Counted from the stretch's first letter, positions 20,198-29,356 are shown. The stretch is 60,456 nt of DNA from Candidatus Peregrinibacteria bacterium (GCA_016178535.1 JACOTD010000078.1:1-60456), one strand, 5' to 3'. The notes: generated from the sequence alone by a model not told the origin. Program-made: numbers and translations.

Positions 20198-20812
20198 ATG
20201 ATTCTCTCCGATCGCGATATTCGCAACGCGTTGGCCTCGGGCCGCGTCGTCATTGAATCTCCCCAGGAGGACGCATCGACTGCGCTCAGTGCAGGGATGT
20301 TCCCGCACATCCACGCCTCGAGCATGGATTTGCACCTGGGCAGCAGCTTCAAGCTCTACGAGCACAGCAAGTTCGCCGTCATCGATCCCAAGCGCCCGGA
20401 GACGTTCACCGGCAACATGCGGCTCATCACGGTCAACGAAGGCGAATCGTACATGGTGCAGCCGGGCGAGTTCGTGCTCGGCGTGACCGAGGAGACCATC
20501 ACCGTCCCCGATGACCTCGTGGTGAGAGTGGAAGGACGTTCCAGCCTCGGTCGGCTCGGGATCATCGTCCACTCCACGGCCGGCTTCGTGGATCCCGGCT
20601 TCTCCGGCACGATCACGCTCGAGATCAGCAACTTGAACCGCATGCCCATCGCCCTCTACCCGGGGATGCGCATCTGCCAGATCGCCTTCGAGGAGCTCAC
20701 GAGCCCCGCGGAGACGCCCTACCACAAGAAGCCGTTCTCCAAGTACCAGGGGCAGGTGCTGCCGGAGGAGAGCCGGCTGTCGATGGATCCGGAGTTCACG
20801 CGGAAGCGGTGA
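20198..20812 (+). CDS. dcd: dCTP deaminase
   Basis: MILSDRDIRNALASGRVVIE...GEFVLGVTEETITVPDDLVVRVEGRSSLGRLGIIVHSTAGFVDPGFSGTITLEISN...MRICQIAF. Confidence 0.93.
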   Translation: MILSDRDIRNALASGRVVIESPQEDASTALSAGMFPHIHASSMDLHLGSSFKLYEHSKFAVIDPKRPETFTGNMRLITVNEGESYMVQPGEFVLGVTEETITVPDDLVVRVEGRSSLGRLGIIVHSTAGFVDPGFSGTITLEISNLNRMPIALYPGMRICQIAFEELTSPAETPYHKKPFSKYQGQVLPEESRLSMDPEFTRKR

Positions 20813-20965
20813 GTGTTTGTTGTTTGTGTTTTCCTCTATCCCCCATCCCCTTTCTCCGGGGGAGAAAGGGGGGGCCTCAACAATTTGTGTTTTTGGAAAT
20901 TCTCCCCTCCTCCATCGGAGGAGGGGTCGGGGGTGGAGGTTGGACAAAAAATACAAAACAAACAT
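20813..20965. repeat. G/C-hairpin MITE-like element, family A, copy A3 (3' of dcd)
   Basis: gtgtttgttgtttgtgtttt ... aaaatacaaaacaaaca termini. Hairpin 1 is cccctttctc-cgggg-gagaaagggg (20846-20870). Hairpin 2 is cccctcctcc-atc-ggaggagggg (20903-20925), followed by tcgggggtggagg. It is collinear with A1. Confidence 0.8.
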
Positions 20966-20969
20966 CCCT

Positions 20970-21806
20970 TCACCACTCCCCAAACGATCCCAACGTCATC
21001 TTCCTCTCCCACAGCATCTCGGGCAGTTCCGGGTCCGTGAGCATTGCGAGTTCCGTGAGACGTTGGGGATCCCGGTCGAACTCGCTCCCGGTCGGGTTCG
21101 CGCTCCCCGGGTGCACCATCAATTCGGTCGTGCCCTCGGGGAGGCGGGCGAGGATGTGGCGCAGATTCTTCTTGCTTGCCGAGCCCACGAGCGCGAGCCC
21201 GCGGAAGTGATTGGTCGAGCCGATGCCGTTCTCTTCGTAGAGCGGGCGCACCGCTTCGGCTTGGGCACTGATCGCCTTCGCCGCTTCGAGCCGCTCGGGT
21301 GCGATTTCCCAGCCGAAATGGGGCAAGGGTTCGATCGGCAATCGGACGAAGCGAATCCCGTAGCGCAGGAGAATGGGGATCGCGAGCGGAACGATCGTCG
21401 GATGCACGTGGATGTGATGGTGTCCGTCGACGTGGGTGGGCGCCTCGCGGCGGTGATCGAGGAACCACTCGGCTTGTGCCCGAAGTTCGCGCTCAATATG
21501 CGTTCCATCAATGGCTCCTTCGTCGAGTGATCGTCGAAGTTGATGACGATCGAGGAAGGCGTCGTCGCGGCTGAGGAGGGAGGCGACGTCCGCGGCATTG
21601 CTGATGGGAGATCCCTCGGTGAGGTTCCAATGAAGTCCCGTGGGGAGCTTTCGTTCATGAGCATGCTTGGCGGCCGTCTCACTGTCGCTCCCATTCACAA
21701 TCAGTGTCGCGCTCGAGACGATGCCGAATTCAAACGCCTCGAAGATTCCGTGGCTCCTCTGCGGATTGATCCCGAGATCATCGGCGTTGACGATGAGGGT
21801 GCGCAC
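20970..21806 (-). CDS. ChbG/HpnK (YdjC) family carbohydrate deacetylase
   Basis: GTG start: MRTLIVNADDLGINPQRSHGIFEAFEFGIVSSATLIVNG...GLHWNLTEG...VDGHHHIHVHP. Confidence 0.85.
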   Translation of the reverse strand: MRTLIVNADDLGINPQRSHGIFEAFEFGIVSSATLIVNGSDSETAAKHAHERKLPTGLHWNLTEGSPISNAADVASLLSRDDAFLDRHQLRRSLDEGAIDGTHIERELRAQAEWFLDHRREAPTHVDGHHHIHVHPTIVPLAIPILLRYGIRFVRLPIEPLPHFGWEIAPERLEAAKAISAQAEAVRPLYEENGIGSTNHFRGLALVGSASKKNLRHILARLPEGTTELMVHPGSANPTGSEFDRDPQRLTELAMLTDPELPEMLWERKMTLGSFGEW

Positions 21807-21840
21807 AGGGGCATTCTACATGCTAGAATGTTCTCAGAGA

Positions 21841-21917
21841 GGACGATTAGCTCAGTTGGTTAGAGCGTGCGACTCACATTCGCAAGGTCACTGGTTCGAA
21901 CCCAGTATCGTCCACCA
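21841..21917 (+). tRNA. tRNA-Val (anticodon CAC), CCA encoded
   Basis: Manual cloverleaf: acceptor GGACGAT/ATCGTCC, D arm GCTC-AGTTGGTTA-GAGC, anticodon arm TGCGA-CTCACAT-TCGCA, variable loop AGGTC, T arm ACTGG-TTCGAAC-CCAGT, then discriminator A plus CCA. Confidence 0.9.
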
Positions 21918-22188
21918 TTCTGGATGTTCGTCATTCGCAAGGTCTCAGCCCAGGCTGATCGAACCCAGTATCGTCCACCATTCTGGATGTTCGTCATTCG
22001 CAAGGTCTCAGCCCAGGCTGATCGAACCCAGTATCGTCCACCATTCTGGATGTTCGTCATTCGCAAGGTCTCAGCCCAGGCTGATCGAACCCAGCCAGGC
22101 TGATCGAACCCAGTATCGTCCACCATTCTGGATGTTCGTCATTCGCAAGGTCTCAGCCCAGGCTGATCGAACCCAGTATCGTCCACCA
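21918..22188 (+). repeat. Tandem array of four 63-nt units, each a degenerate copy of the tRNA-Val 3' half
   Basis: The unit ttctggatgttcgtcattcgcaaggtctcagcccaggctgatcgaacccagtatcgtccacca occurs at 21918-21980, 21981-22043, 22044-22125 (with a 19-nt internal duplication, ccaggctgatcgaacccag) and 22126-22188. cattcgcaaggtc and cgaacccagtatcgtccacca are identical to tRNA positions 21877-21889 and 21897-21917. Confidence 0.9.
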
Positions 22189-22282
22189 TTCGACCGCCTG
22201 AGGCGGACTCATGGCAAGCCATTTGATTTGAATTTGTCCTCAGAACACAGTGCAGAATACATTGACGTACCCCGTGCCCGCT

Positions 22283-24073
22283 TCATCGTCGTTCCTCTCC
22301 AGTTGCTACGTTCAGCGCATGCTCCTCCTTCGGATTGATCGCGAGAGCCCTCCGCGCACTCTCCTGCGCGTCACTCTTCTCCCCGATCTGGTTCTGAATT
22401 TGCGCCAATCTTCCCCATGCTTCGGCGTCATGCGGATCGAGGATCAAGGCTTGCTGAAACGCCGTGATCGCGCTCTGCGGGTCTCCCTTTTTCGCGTACA
22501 GGATGCCGAGATTAAAGAACGCGGCTTCCAGGGTGGGGTCGCTCGTAGCGGCGGCTTCGAAGTGGGTGGTTGCTTCGTCGATGTTGTTTTCGGCCGAAAG
22601 GAGCGTGCCGAGGTTCAGGTGCGCGCGCGCGTGGTGCGGGTCGAGCGCGAGCGCCTGTGCGAATGCCTTCTTGGCTGCCGGGAGGAGATTCTTGTCGAGG
22701 TCGATGAGCCCAACGTTGTACCACGCTCGTGCCGTGGGGCGGATCGCGATGGAAGCTTTGTACTCAGCGAGCGCGCCATCCGCATTTCCCTCGTCCCGCA
22801 GATAATTCCCGACATTGTTGTGGGCGAGGTGGGAATTCGGATAGAGCGCGAGGGCGTTTCTGAAGAGCGTCTCCGTCTTCGCCCACACGAGCGATTGCCG
22901 GAAGGCCAGGACGCCGAAGATCGTTGTGATGATCATGGTCGGAATCGTCAGCGAGAGCGGGAACATCCTCCATTCATTCCTCTGCTCGAGCAGGAATTTG
23001 GCTGCGAATGCAATGAGCAGGAGCAACCCGATCATCGGCAGATAGGCGTAGCGGTCGAAGGCGAAGTAGAAATCGAGGAAGCCGTCGCCCCTGTTCACGT
23101 TGCCGAAGGTGGGGGCAATCGTGAGGAAGAAGATGCAGGCGCAGAGGAACATCGCACGTGTCCATCGGCGCGAAACGATTACGATCACGAGGAGCGCAAT
23201 CATGACGAAGAGCGAGAAGAGCAGGTGAGGTGAAGCGAGCGTGATCGGCGCGGTGTAGGGGTAGAGGACGGAGAGGTGCATCGGGAGGAGGAATTTCTCG
23301 AGCGTGAAGAGGACGCTTTTTCCTCCGAGCAGTATGTAGTCGAGGATCGTTGCATTCCCGATCGCCGCGGTTTTGCCGCCGTACGCGATGATTCCGAAGA
23401 GAAGACTCAGGAGGAAGTAGAGTGCTTTTTCCCAGACGAGTTTCCATCTCCACGGACGCCCTTCGAATTCATCCAGAGCCAGGAGCAGGAACGGGAGCAG
23501 AATGACGGTCACTTTCGAGAGCAGCGCAAGGAGGAATGTCGCGATGCTCAGCCAGTGCCACAAGCGTTTTTCGGATCGCAGAAAGACGATGTACGTCGCG
23601 AGCGCGAACAAGAAGAAAAACGCCGATTGCAGATCTTTGCGTGCCGCCGCCCACGCAACGGCTTCCGTATTCAGCGGATGCACGAGGAAGAGGAGCGCGC
23701 AGAGGATGGCCAAGTCCTTCCTGCGAACGAGGAGGAGCGCGAGCCAGAAGACGAGCAGGGCATTGGCGATGTGCAGTGCCAGATTATGCGCGTGGTAGAG
23801 GAAGGGATGCAGTCCCGCGATCAGATAGTCGAATTGGTACGAGACGAACGTGAGGGGAATGTAGAGCTCCGGATCATAGGAGGTAAATGCTTTCGCGACA
23901 TTGGTCGGAGTCGGTCCCTGCACGATGGGATTTTTGAAGATCAGCACACCGTCGTCGAAGTCGACGAAGGAATTCCGGAGACTCACGCCGTACACGAGCA
24001 GCGCGATCCCCGTGAGAGCGATGGCCAGCAGGAACCATGCGCGGAGAGAGAAGTCGCGGTCGGGGGGAGGCAT
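22283..24073 (-). CDS. Membrane glycosyltransferase-like (PMT/TMTC-type, GT-C) protein with C-terminal TPR repeats
   Basis: 596 aa. The N-terminal polytopic region begins FVDFDDGVLIFKNPIVQG...YDPELYIPLTFVSYQFDY...HAHNLALHIANALLVFWL. The C-terminus carries several TPR units (AHNNVGNYLRDEGNADGALAEYKASIAIRP..., ARAHLNLGTLL..., AFFNLGILYAKKGDPQSAITAFQQALILDP). Confidence 0.8.
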   Translation of the reverse strand: MPPPDRDFSLRAWFLLAIALTGIALLVYGVSLRNSFVDFDDGVLIFKNPIVQGPTPTNVAKAFTSYDPELYIPLTFVSYQFDYLIAGLHPFLYHAHNLALHIANALLVFWLALLLVRRKDLAILCALLFLVHPLNTEAVAWAAARKDLQSAFFFLFALATYIVFLRSEKRLWHWLSIATFLLALLSKVTVILLPFLLLALDEFEGRPWRWKLVWEKALYFLLSLLFGIIAYGGKTAAIGNATILDYILLGGKSVLFTLEKFLLPMHLSVLYPYTAPITLASPHLLFSLFVMIALLVIVIVSRRWTRAMFLCACIFFLTIAPTFGNVNRGDGFLDFYFAFDRYAYLPMIGLLLLIAFAAKFLLEQRNEWRMFPLSLTIPTMIITTIFGVLAFRQSLVWAKTETLFRNALALYPNSHLAHNNVGNYLRDEGNADGALAEYKASIAIRPTARAWYNVGLIDLDKNLLPAAKKAFAQALALDPHHARAHLNLGTLLSAENNIDEATTHFEAAATSDPTLEAAFFNLGILYAKKGDPQSAITAFQQALILDPHDAEAWGRLAQIQNQIGEKSDAQESARRALAINPKEEHALNVATGEERR

Positions 24074-24250
24074 GGCGCTATCCTACCGAGGAATGCCCAG
24101 GTGATCACGATGAAGGCGTCAGCCAGCCGGGAGATTCTCGCTATGCTGCGCGTGCGGAAACAGGCAACGCTCTGCGTATCGTATGCACCGCTTGAAGATC
24201 GGTTTGAAGAGGAAGACCGCTGCGCATCCGACCCACGGACCGATGTCTTC

Positions 24251-24545
24251 TCATTCACCTCCTGCCTTCATCGCTGTGAGGATTTCGCGCACGCGTTTCA
24301 TCAGTTCATCGCTGAATTCCACCGTGTCGTCCACAATGGTAAAGCATTCTGGTTTCAGCGGCGGCCATTCATCGGGGGTCGTGCCATTGTAGCCGTCTGC
24401 GAGGAAGTGGCTGATGCTGTGAAAGACCAGGTCATGGTACCTTTGCCACGTTCGCTTTCAGAGTACCCCCGCGCAGTGTCTCGATTTGCAATCCGCATTC
24501 TCGGTGCATGTCGAGGAAAGCCTGATTGTTTTCCTGTGTTCTCAT
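24251..24545 (-). pseudogene. Small ORF interrupted by a +1 frame change (pseudogene, sequencing indel or recoding)
   Basis: The ATG at 24545 overlaps the DUF11 gene stop (ATGA). It reads MRTQENNQAFLDMHRECGLQIETLRGGTLKANVAKVP* and stops at 24434..24432. The +1 frame then continues without a start codon as ..YHDLVFHSISHFLADGYNGTTPDEWPPLKPECFTIVDDTVEFSDELMKRVREILTAMKAGGE* and ends at 24251. Confidence 0.4.
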
Positions 24546-25276
24546 TTCGCGATGCGATGCACATTCTCCTCCACGATCGGGTCGGTGAAGCCACTCCTGC
24601 CCGTCTGGGGCATCTTCTGGACGATGCGCACTTCTGCTGTGGAAGTCGTGGGGAGGCGGAGGTCGCCGCCGCGGACCGCGACGACGTTGAGGATGCTGTC
24701 GCCGGCCGTCACGTCTCGATTCGCACGACCCTCGACGTGGAGGACGCGGACCTGCTGCGATTGCAGGTTCCCGATTGTCCAGGTGATCCTGTTGCCGTTG
24801 ACGGTCCCTCCACCCGCATCCGTGAGCTTCAGTTTCCCGAGGGGCATCGTATCTTCCACTTTGATGTTCGAGAGGGGAGCCTTGCCGTCGTTGCTCAGTA
24901 GAATGTCGATCCCGAGCATGCCTCCCGCTTGCACGGTACTTTTGTCCGCCCGTTGCGACACTCTCAGCGTTTCCTTGGTTTCTTTCATGGTCGCTACAGA
25001 GGAGGCGCTCGACGATGTCCGCTCGATCGGGAGATCGAAGATGATAGGTCGGGCGGATGCGGAGGATGCCCTTACGGACATCGCGGATGATGCCGAACTC
25101 GCTGTTTCTTCCTCGTAATAGACCGTCGTTCCGGATTCCTCGCGCACCGTCACCGATGCGGTCGAACCTTGCTTTGTGCTCGCCCCCGACCCGAATTTGC
25201 TCGCGCAATCGGCGAGCGTGAGGCAAACCAGGAGTGAACTCAGGATGATGAGTCTGCGGCGGACGGCGAGATCCAT
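24542..25276 (-). CDS. Secreted/cell-surface protein with a DUF11-like (conserved repeat, Ig-like) domain
   Basis: N-terminal hydrophobic signal MDLAVRRRLIILSSLLVCLTLADC and an S/T-rich linker. This is followed by LRVSQRADKSTVQAGGMLGIDILLSNDGKAPLSNIKVEDTMP...ITWTIGNLQSQQVRVLHVEGRANRDV, typical of DUF11 beta-sandwich repeats. Confidence 0.6.
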   Translation of the reverse strand: MDLAVRRRLIILSSLLVCLTLADCASKFGSGASTKQGSTASVTVREESGTTVYYEEETASSASSAMSVRASSASARPIIFDLPIERTSSSASSVATMKETKETLRVSQRADKSTVQAGGMLGIDILLSNDGKAPLSNIKVEDTMPLGKLKLTDAGGGTVNGNRITWTIGNLQSQQVRVLHVEGRANRDVTAGDSILNVVAVRGGDLRLPTTSTAEVRIVQKMPQTGRSGFTDPIVEENVHRIAK

Positions 25277-25386
25277 AGCGTGCGAGAATACCCCTTGCGT
25301 CTCAGTATGGCAGGAGGAGACCGCCGCAACACCTCGGCCTTAGTTTCCATCTTGAAATGCAACACAGATATCCCTCTGAACAGTCC

Positions 25387-25815
25387 TCACGCGGTCTTCC
25401 CGATGACCGCTTCCACTTTTCCAACCAATTCATTGAGCGAAATGCTCGATTTCATGAAACAGTCCCGTGCGCCGAGCTTTTTGGCTTTCACCATGATCTC
25501 TTCTTGCCCCAGGTTCGTGAGGACGATCACCGGCGTTCGAATGTTGAGCGTTTCGGCCATTTTGCTGAGAACTGTGAAGCCGTCCACGCCCGGCATGAGC
25601 AAATCGAGCAGGATGATGTCGAATGTTTCCCTCTTCAACCTGTCGATCGCGTCTTTGCCGTTGCAGCAACGCTCGGCCAAAAAGCCGTTGTGCTCGAACT
25701 TGTTCACGAGCACCCTCGCCATCGCATCTTCATCTTCCACGACGAGCATACGCCTGCAACGCCCCCCGGCGGGGTCCAGAGCACTTTTCCCGGAAAGTTC
25801 CTTCTTCTTGGACAT
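25387..25815 (-). CDS. Single-domain response regulator (CheY-like receiver)
   Basis: MLVVEDEDAMARVL...DIILLDLLMPGVDGFTVL...PVIVLTNLG...KAKKLGARDCFMK. The start is taken at the ATG at 25815 (MSKKKEL). Confidence 0.85.
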   Translation of the reverse strand: MSKKKELSGKSALDPAGGRCRRMLVVEDEDAMARVLVNKFEHNGFLAERCCNGKDAIDRLKRETFDIILLDLLMPGVDGFTVLSKMAETLNIRTPVIVLTNLGQEEIMVKAKKLGARDCFMKSSISLNELVGKVEAVIGKTA

Positions 25816-26011
25816 CGGGAAAGTATAGCACAGAAGCATCCCTGCCGGTAGATCAAAATCCCCCTTCAATGACGAATTGCGAAGGGCGAATTGCCCGCCC
25901 GCCCTGGGCGTTCGGGTAGGCGAATTGCGAGAAATCCAGATTCAGCCCATTCGCAACTCGCCAATGCCACTTCGCCGTTGGGGCTTCGAGGGCAGGCGCA
26001 ATTCGCACTTC

Positions 26012-26749
26012 TTACAGCTCCATCTCCAACAGCACCGGCAAGTGATCCGAGAGCTTCACCTCGTGCAGCACGTGGAACGCTCGAAGGTGAATGTGTCTGG
26101 AGCAGAGGAAGAGATCAATGTCCTTGGTGGGATGGATGGCCGGGTACGTCGCTTCGGCTTGAGGATTGATGATCTTGAGTCCGGACCCCCGCGCAAATTT
26201 CTGCAGTTCCTCGGGATGGGAGAAGGTATTGAAATCGCCGCAGAGGATCACGTCGTCGTGTTTCGCGACGATTTCCTTCAGTTCCACGAATTGTCTGCGA
26301 CGGGTCGCCGCGCGCAGTGAGAAGTGCGCGAAGAGCAAACAAGCGCCGTTTTCGAGTTTGACCTCATACATCAGCTTCTTCGTGCCGTTCCTGAAGTACG
26401 ATTTGCGGTACGAAACGGGCCGCTGCGAGAAAATGCCGTTGCAGTTATTGCGGAAAAACGGGAGACGCCGAAGCCAACTCCTGCGGCCGTACTTATTATC
26501 GATCGCATGGAACGTATACGAGCGCAGATGCGGCGCCGATCGTCGGCCCTTGTGAATCTCCGCGAAGCAGCACAGGTCCGGCCGCACGCGCTCCACGAGT
26601 CGGTTGAGTCCTCTCATCACTTCCCTCAGAATCCTGCGCGGCGTGTAGAAGTACCGGTAGAAGTGGAGGATATAGCCCCAGAGCGACCCGTCCAATTCCG
26701 TGCAGTACCCGACGTTGTAGAGGAGGATGCGAAACGGTTGGGTTTCCAT
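26012..26749 (-). CDS. Endonuclease/exonuclease/phosphatase (EEP) family protein
   Basis: FRILLYNVGY...DLCCFAEI...VILCGDFNTF...LSDHLPVLLEMEL, matching the EEP catalytic motifs (N, E, D-x-N, SDH). Confidence 0.8.
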   Translation of the reverse strand: METQPFRILLYNVGYCTELDGSLWGYILHFYRYFYTPRRILREVMRGLNRLVERVRPDLCCFAEIHKGRRSAPHLRSYTFHAIDNKYGRRSWLRRLPFFRNNCNGIFSQRPVSYRKSYFRNGTKKLMYEVKLENGACLLFAHFSLRAATRRRQFVELKEIVAKHDDVILCGDFNTFSHPEELQKFARGSGLKIINPQAEATYPAIHPTKDIDLFLCSRHIHLRAFHVLHEVKLSDHLPVLLEMEL

Positions 26750-27197
26750 GAGATTGGGTGTCGTTTGCTATTATATCACGAATCTTTTGAAATATTAATG
26801 CTCATATTTTGCTTCACAGAGGGCATTATCATGACAAGTTGTTGACTCTCATCCATGGATGTGATTCATTATCCCCCTATGCATGCACCGAAGAATCTGG
26901 TCCGTCACCATTCGAATCTGGCACCGATCAACGTTTGAGACGTGATCGCATTGGTGGCAACAACAAAGTCGATCCTTTGGAAAAATATCAAGCTTCCGCT
27001 GATGTGCGTTATTTTCTGGGACGCGATTTGTGGCCAGATTCAGAAGAGGATGATGTTCCTGCAAAACCATCACCTGTTTCTGCGCCTGAGAACCAGGAAC
27101 TCGGCATGCGTGGTGTTTCTTCTGATCCATCTGATCCACATGGTGATTGAGAAGATGGAAAATAGTTTCCCTGGCTCATGCACGGTACAGTCTGGCT

Positions 27198-27857
27198 ATG
27201 TCCATCGATCCCAAGCGCATCCTGTTTCGCGATGATTCGTTCCTCGCGGTGCTGAAGCTGAGCGGCGAACTCGTCGTGAAAGGGAAGGGGAGAGTGGACC
27301 GGTTGCCGCTCCTCGATTTTCTCCGGAAAGAATTCCCAGGATTGCACCCGATCAGTCGTTTGGACTTCGAGACATCGGGAGTAGTGCTCTTCGCGAGGAA
27401 TCGCTCGGTGCTCAAGATTTTCCTGGATACAAAGTTTGCGCAGTGGTCGAAGACGTACCAGGCGATCGTTGCGCACCGCATCGACCGCGATCAGGGGCTC
27501 ATCTCCTTCCCACTCCCGGCGCGCACAGCGAAAGTGACAGTGGAAGCGAAGACGATGTATCGCGTTCTCGAGCGCTTCGCGGATGCCAGTTTGGTCGAAG
27601 CGGAAACCTCCACCGGTCGCCACCACCAGATCCGGCGGCACTTGCGCATGATCGGCCATCCTCTCGCGCTCGATGCGGTCTACGGCCAGGAGAAATTCAA
27701 CACGCTCTTCACGCGCGCATTCCACTGCCGTCGCTTCTTCCTCCACGCATCCGCCGTCTCATTCCAACATCCAGTCACGAAGGAAATGCTTCGGATCGAA
27801 GCGCCGAGGCCGAAAGTGTTCGAGGAGATGCTGGGGAAATTGAGAATTGAAAATTGA
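27198..27857 (+). CDS. RluA-family pseudouridine synthase
   Basis: HPISRLDFETSGVVLFARN (catalytic Asp motif), YQAIV, and TGRHHQIRRHLRMIGHPLALDAVYG. Confidence 0.88.
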   Translation: MSIDPKRILFRDDSFLAVLKLSGELVVKGKGRVDRLPLLDFLRKEFPGLHPISRLDFETSGVVLFARNRSVLKIFLDTKFAQWSKTYQAIVAHRIDRDQGLISFPLPARTAKVTVEAKTMYRVLERFADASLVEAETSTGRHHQIRRHLRMIGHPLALDAVYGQEKFNTLFTRAFHCRRFFLHASAVSFQHPVTKEMLRIEAPRPKVFEEMLGKLRIEN

Positions 27858-27946
27858 GAATTGAAAATGATGGAAGAAATTTCACGTTCTGCGCTGCTGC
27901 CATAATTTTCAATTTTTCATTCAATTTTCAATTACACTGTGCCTCT

Positions 27947-28342
27947 ATGGAAGCCGCAATCGTCCTCGATGAACAGTTGGGTCCAGGCTACCTCGCGAAT
28001 GCGGCCGCATGCATTGCGACCGGTATCTTCCGCGAGGCGGGCGACGTGTACGGAGCGGAAATCCAGGGGGCGGATTGCACCTTCATCTCCATCACGAAGA
28101 TCGGGATTCCAATTTTGCGCAAAGGACACAAGGACTTCCCTGAATTGCTCAAGAGAGCACAGACCAACGGCTTGAAGACGATGATCTTCACCAGAGAGGC
28201 GCAATCCACCAACAAGTACGACGAGTACATCCGCAGAGTGCAGGGCAAGAAGCTCGCGGATCTCACGATCATCGGCATCGGCGTGATCGGCGAGGACGCG
28301 GCCGTCACCAAATTTGCGGGGGATTTGCCGCTGCTTCGATAG
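27947..28342 (+). CDS. DUF2000-family protein
   Basis: MEAAIVLDEQLGPGYLANAAACIATGIF...IPILRKGHKDFPELLKRAQTNGLKTMIFTREAQSTNKYDEY...IGIGVIGEDAAVTKFAGDLPLLR. This matches my recollection of the DUF2000 consensus (..L..G...N.aa.l...iG ... ft..aq.t..Y.ey ... G.LkLl). Confidence 0.65.
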   Translation: MEAAIVLDEQLGPGYLANAAACIATGIFREAGDVYGAEIQGADCTFISITKIGIPILRKGHKDFPELLKRAQTNGLKTMIFTREAQSTNKYDEYIRRVQGKKLADLTIIGIGVIGEDAAVTKFAGDLPLLR

Positions 28343-28383
28343 ATCTCTGTCCACTGTCCACTGTCCGTTGTACACTCCATCGC

Positions 28384-29346
28384 ATGAGAGTTCTCTCCGG
28401 AATGCAGCCCTCGGGGGCTCTGCATCTCGGCAACTACTTCGGGTCGATGAAACCCAATTTGGAATTGAGCGCGAAAGCCGATGAGAGCCTGTTTTTCATT
28501 GTTGATCTCCACGCCCTCACGAGCGTTCAAGATCCATCTCTCCTCCGCCAATACCGTTGCGACGCTCTCGTCGATTACCTGGCTGCAGGATTCGATCCAC
28601 AGAAGACGATACTTTGCTACCAATCGGACGTTCCCGCGCATGCGGAACTTGCGTGGATCCTCTCGACGGTCACTCCCATGGGGCTCCTCGAGCGAGCGGT
28701 GAGTTACAAGGAGAAAGTGGAGAAGGGGATTGCGGCTTCGGCGGGGCTCTTCACGTATCCGGTGCTGATGGCCGCAGACATCCTCCTCTACGATGCGAAC
28801 GTGGTGCCGGTGGGAAAAGATCAGAAGCAGCACCTGGAGATGACGAGGGACATCGCGATCAAATTCAATAATGCCTATGGTGATACACTCACGGTCCCCG
28901 AGGCGCTCATCCGCGAAGACGTTGCGGTGGTGCCGGGCATAGACGGGCAGAAGATGAGCAAGAGCTACGGCAACACGATCCCCATCTTCGGAGACGAGAG
29001 CGCGATCAAGAAGGCGATCATGGGCATCAAAACCGATTCGAAAGGGGCGACGGATTCCAAGGATCCTGGGACGTGCATCGTCTATCAGCTCCACAAGCTC
29101 TTCCTCTCCGTTGCAGAGCAGAAGGCGCTCGCGGAGGAATATCGAAACGGAATCAGCTACGGCGATGCGAAGAAGAAGCTCTTCGGCACGTACATGGATG
29201 TGTTCGGAGCGATGCGCAGGAAGCGCAGCGAGTTCGAGAACAATCCGACTTTCGTCGAAGAAGTCGTCCGCGACGGCGCCAAGCGCGCCTCCGCCTATGC
29301 GGGGAAGACAATGGAGCGAGTGCGAAAGGCGGTGGGACTTCTCTGA
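28384..29346 (+). CDS. trpS: Tryptophan--tRNA ligase
   Basis: MRVLSGMQPSGALHLGNYFG (HIGH-type motif), PVGKDQKQHLEMTRDIA, and KMSKSYGN (KMSKS). Confidence 0.95.
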   Translation: MRVLSGMQPSGALHLGNYFGSMKPNLELSAKADESLFFIVDLHALTSVQDPSLLRQYRCDALVDYLAAGFDPQKTILCYQSDVPAHAELAWILSTVTPMGLLERAVSYKEKVEKGIAASAGLFTYPVLMAADILLYDANVVPVGKDQKQHLEMTRDIAIKFNNAYGDTLTVPEALIREDVAVVPGIDGQKMSKSYGNTIPIFGDESAIKKAIMGIKTDSKGATDSKDPGTCIVYQLHKLFLSVAEQKALAEEYRNGISYGDAKKKLFGTYMDVFGAMRRKRSEFENNPTFVEEVVRDGAKRASAYAGKTMERVRKAVGLL

Positions 29347-29356
29347 GAATCTATCG

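Noticed and set aside
21918-22188. A possible CRISPR array.
   Set aside because: The 63-nt units abut each other with no unique spacers. They are derived from the adjacent tRNA, and no cas genes are present.
21667-22338. Repetitive ORFs (SIVHHSGCSSFARSQPRLIEP, four times, and the antisense NIQNGGRYWVRSAWAETLRMT repeats).
   Set aside because: They are translations of the tRNA-Val gene and its 63-nt tandem 3'-half array, not protein-coding repeats.
24542-24620. An LPXTG-type sortase signal (..KMPQTGRSGF..) at the C-terminus of the DUF11 protein.
   Set aside because: The motif is followed by a polar/acidic tail (TDPIVEENVHRIAK) rather than a hydrophobic segment with a basic anchor.
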